Positions 63,631 to 64,000 of a DNA stretch of 64,000 nt are shown here, in pieces; the stretch's first letter is position 1, and the number at the start of each line of letters is the position of its first letter. Position numbers and translations under genes: made by a program. Source of the stretch: Lama guanicoe (taxonomy: Eukaryota). The stretch spans positions 3,252,799 to 3,316,798 of the forward strand of contig MU053588.1 of the NCBI GenBank assembly GCA_013239625.1, written 5' to 3'. The notes under the pieces are model-generated. The model was not told the origin of the DNA. It was given only the letters and a program-made list of their open reading frames with translations, and made no database searches.

Positions 63631-64000
63631 ATTTCCCTCCCCCTCCTCCCCGAGATGAGAGTCTCTGTGAGGGTCACCTTTGTGCCTTCAGCTCACAACA
63701 CAGTACGAGCACACAGTAGCACTCAGTGAATGTTTCTTAAAAGAACTGAATCGTATGCTCTGGGAGAGCCAGCCTAAGACAGCTTCTGAACTTTGGATGT
63801 GCATTATGCAGGGAAGGCCCATCTGCAAGATGCCTGTGACCTTCACATAGCCCTCCAGCTGTTCCTCCATTTGCTCTGGCCGTTTCCAGTTAGCAGGCCC
63901 TTCCTCCTCTGCCCCTTTCTAAGCCTCTTCCCTCTACCTGGTCCTTGATTCCCCACTCCTTCCCACCTTTCTGGCCTTAGAAAGTCTCCATACCACTGAG

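Overview
Mammalian genomic DNA, very probably camelid (several Vic-1-like tRNA-derived SINEs), syntenic with human 19q13.2. Four intact protein-coding genes were reconstructed by hand from GT-AG splice sites: ERF (+, 4 coding exons, 555 aa), GSK3A (+, 11 exons, 483 aa), ZNF526 (-, one coding exon, 673 aa) and DEDD2 (+, 4 coding exons, 326 aa). The window also holds CpG-island promoters, an extra CpG island near 54.3 kb, many L1/L2/MIR/MLT/MER5/SINE/LTR relics and one 37-N gap. Main unexplained structures: (1) a co-oriented array of about 14 ZNF143/SBS-like motifs (consensus about GACTCCATTTCCCAG) spaced about 62 bp apart with unrelated spacers, directly upstream of GSK3A; (2) a 257-bp inverted repeat with 3 mismatches and a 0.7-kb spacer at 56.7-58.0 kb; (3) highly decayed tandem arrays upstream of ERF (about 19-20 bp unit) and in GSK3A intron 1 (about 30 bp unit); (4) a perfect-Kozak uORF plus an overlapping uORF in the ZNF526 leader; (5) phase-compatible ERF-to-GSK3A read-through splicing. 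Gene and repeat names come from recognition, not database searches, and repeat boundaries are approximate.
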